This document shows, one piece after another, positions 24,836 through 38,992 of a DNA stretch of 64,000 nt. A program made the position numbers and the translations under genes. How positions within the stretch are numbered: position 1 is the first letter of the stretch; the number at the start of each line of letters is the position of its first letter. The DNA is from Eledone cirrhosa. Lineage: Eukaryota. The stretch lies in the NCBI GenBank assembly GCA_964016885.1, contig OZ024748.1, forward strand, positions 36,580,001 to 36,644,000, given 5' to 3'. The notes beneath the pieces are model-generated. The model was given only the letters and a program-made list of their open reading frames with translations. It had not been told where the DNA came from and did not search any database.

Positions 24836-25437
24836 AGGGTTGACGGACCCAGCATATTTATCAATGCCAGGGCCAGTTGTATCTCAGCGTACTCCATAGG
24901 CAATGTAAGATACATTCCCAGAGTATACACATAGTTATTCGCTTCAATGCAACACACGTAAAACGGGTGCCTATAATGGTTCCCGGACTCGAGTTTCGGC
25001 CGCACTAATGCAGCAGTAAGGTGCACTGCACCATCTGTTTGCATATATTATGCAACAATGCACAATCGGCTTATATATATATATATATATATATATACAT
25101 ACATATATACATATATACATATGTATATATTCGAGCAAACGCGTGCAGGGGCACGAGACGAAGCGACAGTGTATTTGAATACGTATAAACATAAGAAAAT
25201 TCGTCGCTAGAACAGCTGTTAAAACAGCTAAATGCTGTCAAAGACAGCGATGGGCAAATTGCCTCAGGGGACAGAGACCAGTGGCCAGTGGTCAACAGAG
25301 AGACAATCCACAAGGTGAGTGATAGGTAGATATAGTGAGGGTGAGAGTTTGGTGCTTATTGATATAGAGAGGGCTATTGGAAGAGAGTTCCGTGTAGTAG
25401 ATATAGTGAGGGTGAGAGTTTGATGTTAATTGATATA

Positions 25438-28400
25438 AATTTCTATTATTTGCCACCAGGGCATCAAAGATTGGGACAAATACAAAGGGGGGAGTTTACA
25501 TACATTTAAAAAGACGTGTAAAAAACATATAACAAATTAAATTTAACAATCGATTTCCTCAATAGGGGGCGGGCGTTGACATGGGTCGCACACACCCCCG
25601 AAAAAATGTGCAACCCTCCTCTTCAGGAGCACAAAGAGCGGGTGCTTCCTTCCTCTTCTTATTCTTCTCCTCTCTCACCTACAGGCTGATATAGAGAGAA
25701 GGCCCATTCACTCGGGCCATTCACGCTACTTTCACCCACCTTTCATAAAACTTGCTGGGGTAGAGCACCTCTCTCTCCATTCTGATCCTTCTTCTAAAGT
25801 GGTACTTGAAAAAAAAGACCAGTTGTTGGCCGGAGAGAAAGGTGTCTGACCTCAGCCCTTTCAACTTTGTCCACCATACAACTTCTTTCGCCATAGCTAT
25901 CACACAGAGGAAAACCGCCTCTCCTTCGTTTTTGAAAGGGGGAGGCGGTTTGATCGTGACAATGTTCTCGGTGGTCAACCGGATTGGTCCCACCCGCGAC
26001 AGTAGTCGTTCCACATAGCACCACAGGTCAGCAACGCTCGGGCAGTGTACGAATGCGTGTGCGACGGTTTCCTCGTCACGCACGCATCTCGGACAGATCT
26101 TTTTTGCAGGGTCCCTGCCCGGGCGCCCGTGTCTGTAGAGCTTGTCCCGAACGGGTAGAGCTCCTCGGTAACATTGCCAAGCCAGGGACTTTTGGAAGTT
26201 GTCCATCGGTCTCGGGCCAAACGTCCTACCGAACAGACTGGCCAGCTCGTCTTCCTCCATGCCCAGAGCCTCTCCAAGAGCGTCGTCACACTTACTGCGC
26301 ACCAACCCTCTATAGAATGTTGAGGTTGAGTCTCGACTGATTACCGGATCCGCTTGCCAGAGGGCCGTGAGCGCCTGGGCACATTCAATGTGCCAGTCGC
26401 CCACTTTTCTCGGTCTTTGCTTGACCCAGGATTGCAGCTCGGTGAGTGAGACGAGTCTCGGAAAGGCTCGCCTCACAAACAGGGCCCACACCGGCTGACC
26501 GGTGAGAAATACCTGGAGGTGCCGTAGCCTTAATGCGTGTCTACGCATCGTCAGCCACGGCATCCCCAGCCCTCCGTTCGAAGGGTGTTGACAGCAGATG
26601 GATCTTTTCACCAAAGGAGCCCGCTTCTTCCAAAGAAATCGGAAGAGCGCGCGCTCCATTTTGGCGAGTGTTTTTTCTGGGCAAGGCACGACGGTCAAGC
26701 GGTAGTAGATGACGGACGCTATATAAGCGTTCGCCACCTCCGCTCAACCTTTCATGGATAGTTTGCACTCGGCCCACTTCTGGGCGAGTGCAAACACCTT
26801 GCCCGTTACCTCGTCCCAGTTTTTCTCCACCTGGAGGTCCGGTCCGAACCAGACCCCGAGCAGCTTCACCGGTGCCTCCGTCCAGCGTCCGACGATGCCG
26901 TCGGAGGGTATCGTTTTGCCCCTCCACGTCCCGAGTTGCAAACCAACGGACTTGTCCCGGTTCAGCTTGGCTCCTGTGAACCTTTCATATTCCTCCAGTA
27001 AGGTGCCGATCTGCCCGATTTCCGAGGCGCACGAGACCATTACTGTCACGTCATCGGCGTAGGCCGACACCGCTTTCCGCAATCCCGGTTCCAAGAGGAT
27101 GTCCTGAAACAGCTCCGGCTTCCGCAGTAGTGGCTCGAGAGCCAGCACATACAGGAGGGAGGAGAGAGGGCATCCCTGTCGGGTGGATCGCGTGATTTGG
27201 AACGGCTCCGAGAGGTAGCCGTTCACCTTGACCCTCGAGCAGGTGTTGCTGCTGTGCATTGCAGCAATCCAGCCCCTGAAAACGGGTCCGAAGCCTGCCG
27301 CCGCGAGCACCGCATCCAGGTACCGATGGTCAACCCTATCGAACGCCTTAGATTGATCCAAGTTGATCAGGGCCCCACCAAAGCCGGGTTCGTTCCCTAC
27401 CCTCTCTACGATGTATCGCATGAGGTGGAGGTTGTCGTGTATGGACCTGGACGGGATTGCGCATGTCTGCGCTTCTCCCACCAGGTTCTCGACGACAAGC
27501 GCCAACCTCTTCGCTAACACCTTGGCCAAAATCTTTAACTCTGTGTTTAGCAGAGTTATGGCCTGAAGTTATCTATGTCATCCCCCTTTGTTCTCGTCCT
27601 TCCTCACAAGTGTGACTACGCCCTTGGTCACAGAACTGGGAATTCTCCCGTTCTGTTGCCAGTTGCAGTAGACCGCCTCGAGGAGACCGGAGAACAAGCC
27701 CGGCATCGCTACAAAAAGTTCGTATGGTAGACCATCGAGACCCGGAGATTTGAGTTTGCCGCATTGGCTCAGCTCGTCCCCTATTTCAGCGGCTGAAATC
27801 GGCCTCTCGCAGGACTTTGCCTCCCCGCCCGAGAGCCGCGCCAGACCGTCGTGGTATGGACCGAAATCCATGGCCCCACCCGGCCCGCCGCCCCTCCCGA
27901 ACAGTCGTGCAAAGCGCCGTTGAAAGGCGACGCTCATCCGCTCAGGTTCAAGGATCACGCGTCCATCCTGGTCCTTCAAAGACCGAATCGTGGACTTGTT
28001 TCCACTTTTTGCCTCTGTCACTCGGGCCCAGCTAACAGCTTTGGCTCCCTCGTTACCCAAAGCACGTATTTTACTCCTGACAACGCAGCCCTCGTGCTTT
28101 GCATCAAAGAACTGGTCTAGGGCCGTTCTTGACGCCAGCACGCCGGCCACGTTGCCACTCCTAATCGCCTCTTCTACTCTATTTGTTAATTCCCTTTCAG
28201 TTCTATTCCTATCTGATGCTAATTCCCGACTAAAACCTATCGATTCTATTCTAATTTCTCTCTTGAGAGAGCCCCACCACCTGCTGTTGAAATTTCCCCC
28301 GTCAAACGCTGCTTAACTAGTGTGTTAATCCGCTTACTGTAAGCTTTGTTTGTCGGTAAAGACAAGTTTAGCTTCCAGTAACTGGGTCCCTGTCTATGAC

Positions 28401-31140
28401 CACTCCGGTCACCAACTTGTGATCCGAATAGTCAACCATGAACATTCGTGGACAGCTTAATATGTCCCTATCCTTATTTCTAACTAGGAACCTATCTAGG
28501 TACGACCTAGATGTTCCGCTGAGATTAGTCCACGTCTACAGTGGCACAGTCGGAAAATCTAGTCGATATCTATCGGCCAGATCAAATCGGCCGATTAATC
28601 GTGTGAGGCTGTTACACCCCCCTTTATCGGGACATGCCCCTACATAGTCCCAACGTGCATCCAGGATACCATTCCAGTCCCCCACTAAAAGCAAGGAGCG
28701 AGACGTTCCCAGGAAATTCTCCAGGCGTCGGAAGAAGTCCGGTCGCGGTGTCCCAGATGGGGCATACGCTGCCACCAGCCTGAAAGCTCCACCTTCACCA
28801 CTGCCGACGTCTAAAACCACCAGTCGACCCTCCGGATCCAGGTGTACCTTCTGTGTGGCAAGACCCAGGTATTTTCGCAGCAGAACGACAACCCCCCCCC
28901 CCCCCCCCCGGCTGACAGAGAGATGCGTAGATCTCAAAGTCGTCGAAGATGGGGGCCAGTTGGCGTTCGCTGCTGATCCTGGACTCGCAAATAACCATTA
29001 CATCCACTCTGTGCGACCTGAGGTCATTTATGAGTTTGCCCTGTTTCCAGGACATCCCCAGGCCGCGTGCATTCACACATCCAACTCTTATATTGGCCAT
29101 GTTGGTGCTGAAGAGTTAAAAAGGAAGAGGAAAGGAAATTACTTACCTCTTCGTCTCTTGGGGACCAGGCTGCACAATTTCCATGGGGGTGTTGGAAGGG
29201 TTGTTTGGTGGGGTGGTGGTTTGTGGTGGGGTGAGGACATCAGTGTGTGGTGGGATTAGGGTGTCTGGTGTGGGGTGGGGAAACATCTCAATAGGACGTG
29301 GTTAAGTGGTTTGGTGCAGTTGGTCCCCACATGCTTTGGATGGTTCTTTTTCAAAGTTACATAGGTTTCCGTTGGGACCCTAATCATCATTAGGTGCCGT
29401 TTGTTCGCTGCGTAGGTGAAAGTGATCCCTTCGGTTTCCACCGAAGTGTTATTTTCTATTGCTTTCATCAAAGTTTTATTGTTCTTGTTAATGTATGTAT
29501 AGAGTTTTTGTTGTGTTGTGTTTGTTTTTGTTTGTTGTTCTTGTGCGTGTTTTCGTTTTGTAGTATGTGTTATGTTTTGGGGAGGGGTGGGTTTTTATGT
29601 TTGTGATGTTTGTTCTGTTTGAGCTGGTGGTTGTGTGTTTGTAGCATTTTTGTTAATGTGGTGCCTTTTTTTTCTTTTCACCTGTTGAAAGGGTTCTCCC
29701 TCGTCATCACTGGGTGACGTTGATACGGAGTCCTCTTCCGTGTTGTTGGGGAGGGGCATATTTTGGGGGTTTTGTTGTGGTTGCTTTTGTATTTGTTTTA
29801 GGTGGGGAGGGGTTGGGTGGAACAGTGTTTTGTGTTGTTATTTTTCCGTGTTGTTGTGGTTGTTGTTGTTGTTGTTTTTGTTGTTGTTGTGGCGGTGGTG
29901 GTAGTGGTTGTGTTGTGTTCGGGGTTGGCAGAAGAGCCTTTTTTTTTACTCGTTAATTGAGGACAGGCAGCCCTCAGGTGACCCCTGCTTAAGCAATGGT
30001 AACATGACGGCCGCCTTCCCTCCACTGAAATGTTTATATAAGTTAGCCCGTCCAGAGGCACGCGTTGTGGGATATTCGCTATTCGTTCTGGGCTCATTTG
30101 CACCAGAACTTCTACGCTGGTCCCACCAAATACACCTCCGGAGGACTTTCCTATTGAAATTATCTTGTCTTCATCAAAGTCAATGATTCCACATAGTATC
30201 CACCAAATATTTACATTTGGTGTGATACTCATTATTTTTATTCTTTGTGTCCTTTTCCCCCTGTATGTGGGGAAAAAGGTAAAGCGGGAGGACACAATGG
30301 GTGATACCGAGTATGTTTGTGCTGTTGACTGGTTGTTCATTAGCACCGAAATGCTACCAAACAGTTTAACTTTTTGTATGAAGGTTATGTCCTTCATTGC
30401 ATCTTTTAGAACCAGCCCAATTTCATTTTGTGATAATTGAGCTGGTTTTTTTGTTTCGTTCGATATTGTCCTGAAAACTGTGGTTTTCAGGACAGCCCCT
30501 CTACGTAATTCCTGTGGAGAATTGATGCTAAAAGCACCGTTTTCGCCAAAAGTCACGAATTGTTTTGCGTCTTGTAATAGTTGTTTAGCATTTGTTATGT
30601 CAATTGGCGTGTATAGTTCGTTTTTTTTACAGTCTGTGCGAATGTTGTTTTGGTGTTGTCTTTTTTGTTGCTGTTGTTGTTGTCACTGTTGGTAATATTG
30701 TTCATGTTTTCCTTGGTGTTGCTATTGTTGCAGTGGTTGGTTGTGGTGTTATTGTCATTGTTCTTGTTGTTGGTGCTGGTATTATTTACCGGGTTTGGTT
30801 TCGTGGTTTCAATATTTTCAACGTTTTTCGATAATGCGAGGGGGGAAGGCTGCAAGCTTTGTACTCCTACCTTCCCTCCACCACTTTTCTTAGTGGGCGT
30901 GGCACTCACGACAGTGTGCGAGGTGGAAATGGCATCTATTGCTGACTACCAAGTCTACACAGTTTTGAGATGAAAATGAAAATTTCGCTCCAGAAAGGGG
31001 CGAAAATTAGTTGACTCAACGTCTGCAGGCCCAGGCAAGGGGTTAAACTAAACAATGCTATTAAATTGAGCAATGAACTCACAGTTTTTTTTTTACAATA
31101 ATCCGTAAAAATCCGGAGCGAAGTAATTCACGTCTATATC
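25438..31140 (-). mobile_element. Near full-length Tx1/L1-clade LINE (ORF1 and ORF2, both disrupted)
   Basis: ORF1 region 30909-29144 with CCHC knuckle CYHCLSRGHLRAAC; ORF2 29100-25679 with NARGL/SDH endonuclease, DQSKAFDRV, RQGCPLS, YADD and CPRC..ET..HAF..C; several frameshifts and stops; 3' UTR ending in an A-rich tail. Confidence 0.95.
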
Positions 31141-31144
31141 AAGT

Positions 31145-31550
31145 GGTAATTGATCTAGAGAGGGCTATTGGAAGAGAGTTCCGTGTAGTAGATATAGTGA
31201 GGGGGACAGTTTGATATTAATTGATATAGAGAGGGGGATTGTGAGAGAGAGCTGTATGGTTAATGTAGAGAGGGGGAGAGTTTGGTAGTACTGGATAGAG
31301 TGAGAGGGAATGAGAGAGAGTGGTGTATAATGAATAGAGTGACAGGATTGATAGAAATAGGTATATATATAGAGAGAGGGGGAGCGTATGGAAGTGATGT
31401 ATAGAGTGAGAGGGAATGAGAGAGTGTGTGGTATGATAGATATTTAGAGAGGAGGAGAGTTTGGTGGTTATTGGTATAGAGAGGGGGATTGGAAGAGAGT
31501 GTATCGTGTAGTGGATATAGAGAGGGGGTAAATTTCAATTCTTGGAGATA
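31145..31550. repeat. Degenerate purine-rich minisatellite (GATATAGAGAGGG..GAGAG units), also at 25320-25437 and 33121-33300
   Basis: Recurring about 32-40 nt units; the array is interrupted by two Tx1 insertions. Confidence 0.7.
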
Positions 31551-33120
31551 TATATTTCTATTTATTTGCCACCAGGGCATCAAAGATTGGGACAAATACA
31601 AAGGGGGAGTTTACATACATTTAAAAAGACGTGTAAAAAACATATAACAAATTAAATTTAACAATCGATGTCCTCAATAAGGAGGGGCGTTGACATGGGT
31701 CGCACACACCCCCGAAAAAATGCGCAACCTTCCTCTTCAGGAGCACAAAGAACGGGTGCTTCCTTCCTCAATTCATTCTTCTCCTCTCTCACCTACAGGC
31801 TGATATAGAGAGAAGGCCCATTCACTCGGGCCATTCTCGCTACTTTCACCCATCTTTCATAAAACTTGCTGGGGTAGAGCACCTCTCTCTCCATTCTGAT
31901 CCTTCTTCTAAAGTGGTACTTGAAAAAAAAGACCAGTTGTTGGCCGGAGAGAAAGGTGTCTGACCTCAGCCCTTTCAACCTTGTCCACCATACAACTTCT
32001 TTCGCCATGGCTATCACACAGGGGAAAACCGCCTCTCCTTCGTTTTTGAAAGGGGGAGGCGGTTTGATTGTGACAATGTTCTCGGCGGTCAACCGGATTG
32101 GTCCCACCCGCGACAGTAGTCGTTCTACATAGCCCCACAGGTCAACAACGCCCGGGCAGTGTACGAATGCGTGTGCGACGGTTTCCTCGTCACGCACGCA
32201 TCTTGGACAGATCTTCTTCGAGGGCGCCCGTGTCTGTAGAGCTTGTCCCGAACGGGTAGAGCTCCTCGGTAACATTGCCAAGCAAGGGACTTTTGGAAGT
32301 TGTCCATCGGTCCCGGGCCAAACGTCCTACCGAACAGACTGGCCAGCTCGTCTTCCTCCATGCCCAGAGCCTCTCCGAGAGCGTCGTCGCATTTACTGCG
32401 CACCAACCCTCTATAGAATGTTGAGGTTGAGTTTCCACTGATTGCCGGATTCGCTTGCCAGAGGGCCGTTAACGCCTGGGCACATTCAATGTGCCAGTCG
32501 CCCACTTTTCTCGGTCTTTGCTTGACCCAGGATTGCAGCTCGGTGAGTGAGACGAGTCTCGGAAAGGCTCGCCTCACAAACAGGGCCCACACCGGCTGAC
32601 CGGTGAGAAATACCTGGAGGTGCCGTAGCCTTAATGCGTGTCTACGCATCGTCAGCCACGGCATCCCCAGCCCTCCGTTCGAAGGGTGTTGACAGCAGAT
32701 GGATCTTTTCACCAAAGGAGCCCGCTTCTTCCAAAGAAATCGGAAGAGCGCGCGCTCCATTTTGGCGAGTGTTTTTTCTGGGCAAGGCACGACGGTCAAG
32801 CGGTAGTAGATGACGGACGCTATATAAGCGTTCGCCACCTCCGCTCAACCTTTCATGGATAGTTTGCACTCGGCCCACTTCTGGGCGAGTGCAAACACCT
32901 TGCCCGTTACCTCGTCCCAGTTTTTCTCCACCTGGAGGTCCGGTCCGAACCAGACCCCGAGCAGCTTCACCGGTGCCTCCGTCCAGCGTCCGACGATGCC
33001 GTCGGAGGGTATCGTTTTGCCCCTCCACGTCCCGAGTTGCAAACCAACGGACTTGTCCCGGTTCAGCTTGGCTCCTGTGAACCTTTCATATTCCTCCAGT
33101 AAGTTGCCCGTCTGCCCGAT
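31551..33120 (-). mobile_element. 5'-truncated Tx1 LINE copy, near-identical to 25438-27018
   Basis: Same MANAYIASVIYYRLTVVPCP and EEYERFTGAKLN segments and the same 3' UTR. Confidence 0.95.
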
Positions 33121-33311
33121 TAAAAGAGAGTTTTGTGTGATAGACATAGAGAGGAGGAGAATTTGGTGGTTGTAGATAGAGAGAGTGATAATGAGAGAGT
33201 GCCGTGTAGTAGATATAGAGGAGGGGTAGTAGATACAGAGAGGTGGATTAAAAGAGAGTTTTGTGTGATAGACATAGAGAGGAGGAGAAGAGTTTGGTGG
33301 ATCCTCATACA

Positions 33312-33362
33312 AGGCTGATGATCCTGTGAGCGGGTGAAAGTTTTGAGGGTCAAAGCTCACCA
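33312..33362 (+). ncRNA. Hammerhead ribozyme core with full stems II and III, stem I disrupted
   Basis: CTGATGA-T-CCTG(tgag)CGGG-T-GAA-AGTTTTGA(ggg)TCAAAGCT-C, followed within about 12 nt by (TA)n. Confidence 0.7.
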
Positions 33363-33693
33363 ATAGCCATAATATATATATATATACACGCGTGGGGACA
33401 CGTATGCTGTTAGTTATATGGTTGTGGGCGTGTGGGTGTGTGTTTGTGAGAGCGTGTGTGTATGGGTGTGTATATGTATATGTGTGTGTATATATATATG
33501 CATGTATGTATGTGCGCGTGTGTGTGTATGTGTATGTATATATATGTGTGTGTGTGTGTATGTTTGTGTATATGTGTGTGTGAGTGACTTGTGAAATACC
33601 AAACCCAGCATGAATTCATTGAAGTGTGTCGGATGGAGAGTAGCTGATGAACAGTATGGCAGCAAATATTGGCCAGAATGCATGATGACGTAG

Positions 33694-33804
<111 letters not shown>

Positions 33805-34280
33805 GTAATAATCGGGGGCACAAATCCCCGCTTGCCCCCGCTGAAAATGTTTTACCTTCAATTTATATGAAATTTAAACCATAGGTAAATGACAAGATAT
33901 TCACAAAATTTCAACAAATTTCAATAATATTAAGACACCCTAATGGGGGTTAAACCCCCTATAGTGAACATTTTGGAAGCCAATAACTTGAGTATTGGAA
34001 CCTCTATCACGGGATTTTTCTATTAATTAAACGTAAATCAACAAAAAAAGCAACTCTCTTTTATAGTAAAATTTGGCTAATTTAGACATTTATGTATTGC
34101 AAAACATCACTAGAATTATGACAACAAAAATTATTAGATAATGCCTCTACTTTTTAAACACTTTCCCTTTATTTTTTCTCTATAAATTATATCACTGTTT
34201 TAAAATCAATCATCATTTTCTTACAAAGAAAAAAAAAAAAAAAAAAGGGAAACGCAGCAAGGCGCGGGTAATTCGGCTAG
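33805..34280 (+). mobile_element. Possible non-autonomous Helitron remnant
   Basis: Ends in a GC-rich imperfect hairpin plus CTAG|T (CGCAGCAAGGCGCGGGTAATTCGGCTAGT); 5' end not defined. Confidence 0.35.
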
Positions 34281-34359
34281 TTATATATATTATATAATCC
34301 TTATCGAGCCCTCTTCGGATTTTAGTCTTCACATTTATCATTACTATATATATATAATT

Positions 34360-34432
<73 letters not shown>

Positions 34433-34434
<2 letters not shown>

Positions 34435-35720
34435 TGTTTCTTTTATTTGCCACAAGGGCATCAAAAGTGGGACAAGTACAATGGGGGGAGTTTACAAAAC
34501 AAGGCGTCCTCAATAGGGAGGAGGCAATAACAATATATAAAAATAAAATAAAATATAACAAAAAATAGAATTATAACAAAATCCTCAATAGAGGATTTTG
34601 TTATAAAATATAACAAAAAATAAAATTTATAACAAAATCCTCAATAGAGAGGAGGCGCCTTGGGGGGTCGCACACACCCCCGAAAAAAGTGTGCAACCCT
34701 TTTCCTCAGGAGCACAGAGAGGGGGTGCTCCCTCGTTCCTTCCTCTTTTCCACCTACAGGCTTATGTAAAGAGAAGGCCCATTCACACGGGCCATTCTCG
34801 CCACTTTCACCCACCTTTCATAAAAACGACTGGGGTGCAGCACCTCTCTCTCCATCCTGATCCTTCTTCCGAAATGATATCGGAAGAAACGGACCAGTTG
34901 TTGGCCAGAGAGAAAGGTGCCTGACCTCAGTCCTTTCAGACGCGTCCACCATACAACCTCTTTCGCCATGGCTATTACGCACAGAAACACCGCCTCTGCT
35001 TCATCTTTGAAGGGGGGAGGCGGCTTGATCATTACAATAGACTCGGTGGTCAACCGGATCGGTCCCACCCTTGACAGCAGTTGTTCGACATAGCCCCACA
35101 GATCGGCTACGCCCGAGCAGTGTACCAATGCGTGTGCAACGGTTTCCTCGTCGCACACGCATCTGGGACAGATCTTTTTGGCGGGGTCCCTACCCGGGCG
35201 CCCGTGTCTGTAGAGCCTTTCTCGAACGGGTAAAGCTCCTCGGTAGCACTGCCAGGCCAGGGGCTTCTGGAAGTTGTCCATAGGTCCCGGGCTGAATGTC
35301 CTACCGAACAGGCCGGCCAGTTCGTCCTCCTCCATGTCTCGGGCTTCTCCGAGGGCGTCGTCGCACCTGCTGCGTACCAGCCCTCTATAGAATGTTGCGG
35401 TGGAGTCTCCACTGATAACCGGATCCGCCTGCCAGAGGGCGGTGAGCGCCTGGGCACACTCAGTGTGCCAGGCGCCCAGTTTTCTCGGTCTTTGCTTGAC
35501 CCAGGATTGCAGCTCGGTGAGTGAGACGAGTCTGGGAAAGGTTCGTCTCACAAACGAGGCCCACACCGGTTGTCCGGTGAGGAATACGTAGAGGTGCCGT
35601 AGCCTTAATACGTGTTTACGCATCATTAGCCACGGCATCCCCAGCCCTCCTTTCGAAGGGTGTTGACAGCAGATGGATCTCCTCACCATAGGAGCCCGCC
35701 TCTTCCAAAGGAATTGGAAG

Positions 35721-35721
<1 letters not shown>
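34433..35721 (-). mobile_element. 5'-truncated Tx1 LINE copy inserted in (GATA)n
   Basis: ORF2 C-terminus (34754-35689) plus 3' UTR; (GATA)n on both sides (34361-34433 and 35721-35804). Confidence 0.93.
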
Positions 35722-35805
<84 letters not shown>

Positions 35806-36497
35806 TTGAAGTTGTGCTAGAATGAATTGCATTACGTTTCTTACCTTAAGAAGTTAAATTGTTAAATGTCCAACAGTGTAAATATTAAAATGAATATGAG
35901 GAGTATGTAGTAGTGAAAAATAGCACACTCTGACAGATGGTACTCATCTGGTAACTATGTATCGGAAAACTGAAGAGGGCATTCACAATTACAATGTACC
36001 ACTTAGAAATGTATTGCCTACCACTTACAAATTATGCAGGCGTCTAGTTAAGAAATTGTGATATTTCAACAAAAACATTCTTATCTTTTAAATTGTTTTA
36101 TAATTTTGTTTCACATTTTTTTTTCTGGAGGTGGTCATGGTGGGGGGTTTCAAGGTGGATCTGTATTGTTTATATTTCTGTATTGTTTATATTTCCCCAT
36201 TGTTGATTGCTTTGCATTTTAATCATTTTTAGGGAGTTGCCATGCTAGACCATTAAGCATAAGGACGTGGATCTGATTGCTGGAGCGGACAGAGAATTGT
36301 GATCTTGAGCAAGACTCTCTGTTTCATGTTGTGGCTGTTGTTGTTCTTATGACATAACTCTAGCCCTTATCATTAAAACACGCGAAAAACCTTCTTTGAT
36401 AGTTACGTAGGAGGCCAGATAAACCTGGCATTATAAACACTAAGCTACACACAGACACAGACACACACAGACACACACACACACACACGTGCACACA

Positions 36498-36603
<106 letters not shown>

Positions 36604-36877
36604 GCCAGTTGCTGCTTGTTCTATCATTCACTGTTTTTACGTGAAATGGATATTCAATATTAAAATTTTGGATTAAATTGGATATTCATTAATAAAAGTG
36701 AGGATTAATACGGACATCTGTTTGTTTCACACACACACATACACTCACTTCTACATACATATATATATACTTATATATATAGGGAGACAGAGAAAATTAA
36801 ACATATTTGGTATTTTAATCTACCATTTTCACTCAAATTAAAGTTTGTATACTGTATATATGTATGCATGTATGTAT

Positions 36878-36908
<31 letters not shown>

Positions 36909-37438
36909 TATATATATATATGTATGAAGAGGTTGCCATCAAGTTTGTAACGTACCAAAGTTTTGCATTGTTTTGTGTTAATGGCGGAAGACAAAGACGA
37001 AAATTAACACAAACAGTGTTGCTGTGAGAATGTAACCCTGGCGAAGACCAGTTCATACTTCAAATATCTCTGTCAGTTCACCGTTGATAGAAAATCTGGC
37101 CTGCATGGCATTATGAAAGCTTAGTAATGAAATAATTAATAGTTTAAGTAAATCCCTTAAAACCTTTCGATAATTCACTGAAATACTGAGTGTCATATTG
37201 GAAATGTGGTCTATAAAGTAGAAATGTGACCAGGTGTAAGCTTATTGTGACATGGGGAAAATTTGAAAACTAATATAAGAATACAAATCATGCATTGGAT
37301 ATCATATATGTATGTATGTTAGTGTGTATGTGTTTATGTGTCTGTCTATATGAATGAATATATATATAAACATATATATGTCTCTCTCTCTCTCACTCTA
37401 ATATATATATATATATCTTTAATATACATATATATACA

Positions 37439-37478
<40 letters not shown>

Positions 37479-37480
<2 letters not shown>

Positions 37481-37632
37481 CAAAGGAATTGTGGTAAGGA
37501 ACCAGATGGACCATAACGCAATACTCAATACTTAGGGCAGTAGAGTGGGAAATAGGAAAAAGTATGACCCTGACGGCACAGCTCAAGCCGTTTCGACGGC
37601 TTGAGCTCTGCCGTCGGGGTCATACTTTTTCC

Positions 37633-37635
<3 letters not shown>
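37479..37635 (-). mobile_element. Fold-back non-coding element, family H1, copy 3
   Basis: Reverse-oriented homologue of 14033-14228; inverted repeat 37552-37635; (TA)n on both sides. Confidence 0.85.
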
Positions 37636-37726
<91 letters not shown>

Positions 37727-38245
37727 TAAAAGGAAAAGAAAATGCTGACAAATTGTGCCTAGTGAAAAATAGTTTAATTAGGAATAAGTAAAAATTAGTA
37801 TTAAGTTTTTACCGGTTGCGCATTTCTAATGCTTTTCAAAAATAATTTTGAGATAGAGTGCCTGTGATGTTTGCTCTAATCTGATTAGTTTGGGAAATTC
37901 TACCTGTTTTATGTGAAAAAAGTGGCTCCAGAGGTAGTAAAATAAGTTTCGCGCCAATTTGTGTTGCAAAAATTCTTGTGGTCAAAACAATTTTGATTGG
38001 TCAGTAGAGGTCACGTGAATGTTAAAAATTGATTTTGCGCCAAATGTAGGTTTGTCGAAGAGTGTCCTTTTTCGCCTGATTGAGAAGTCACTGAAAAATA
38101 AGTCTTTTAAGACAAATATGTGTGTGTGTGTGTGTGTGTCTGTGTGTAGTAAAGAGGTTCATTGTTGTGATAATGGTGAGTAGGGATGTGTGTGTGAATT
38201 GCAGTCATGTTGAAAGGTCAACAGTTCAGGTGCCTATTAAGACAA

Positions 38246-38305
<60 letters not shown>

Positions 38306-38413
38306 CAGAGTATTTCGTGGTCGAGGGATCGGTCAGTAGGAATGTGTCTGTACGTGTGTGGGGGATATTTTAACATGTTGAAAGATATATTTCAGCTCTT
38401 GTCTTATACGGAG

Positions 38414-38455
<42 letters not shown>

Positions 38456-38992
38456 CTCTTTGTATGTTAGTGTACGCGTGTGTATGTGTGTTTGTATATA
38501 TGTGTGTGTGTGTGTGTATGTGTGTGTGTGTGTATGTGTGTGGGTGGACCAGTATTTTTGTGATACTGGTAAAAATGGTGTACATATTCGATATTTTCAG
38601 CAAAAACGATTCTCTCAAGAGAACATCAAAAACATTAATAATAAAAGGTGTGAAATGATATATAGTATTGTCATAACACCTAGGTGTGTGTGAGTGTCCA
38701 GATTGTACGTACTGCAAGGGGAATCCATTAGGCCCTGCCGTATTGGAATACTTGTGTACAAATATGTATGTGCCCATCAGTGTGCAATGCATGTGTGCGT
38801 ATATGTATGTGTGTGTGTCGGCACGTTTATATCTATAGACATCAAAAGGTATGCAAATTTGTATATATTTGTGTTGCACCATAGAACATGTGTGTTTACG
38901 TATGTCATTGTGTTTATATGTGGATAGAGATGTATGTAGGATGTATGCTGATGTAGGTATGTATGTTGACGTGTGTATGTTGTGGGTTCGTC

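Noticed and set aside
26541-26927. Alternative-frame and antisense ORFs within the Tx1 copies
   Set aside because: By-products of GC-rich ORF2 sequence, repeated only because the element is repeated.
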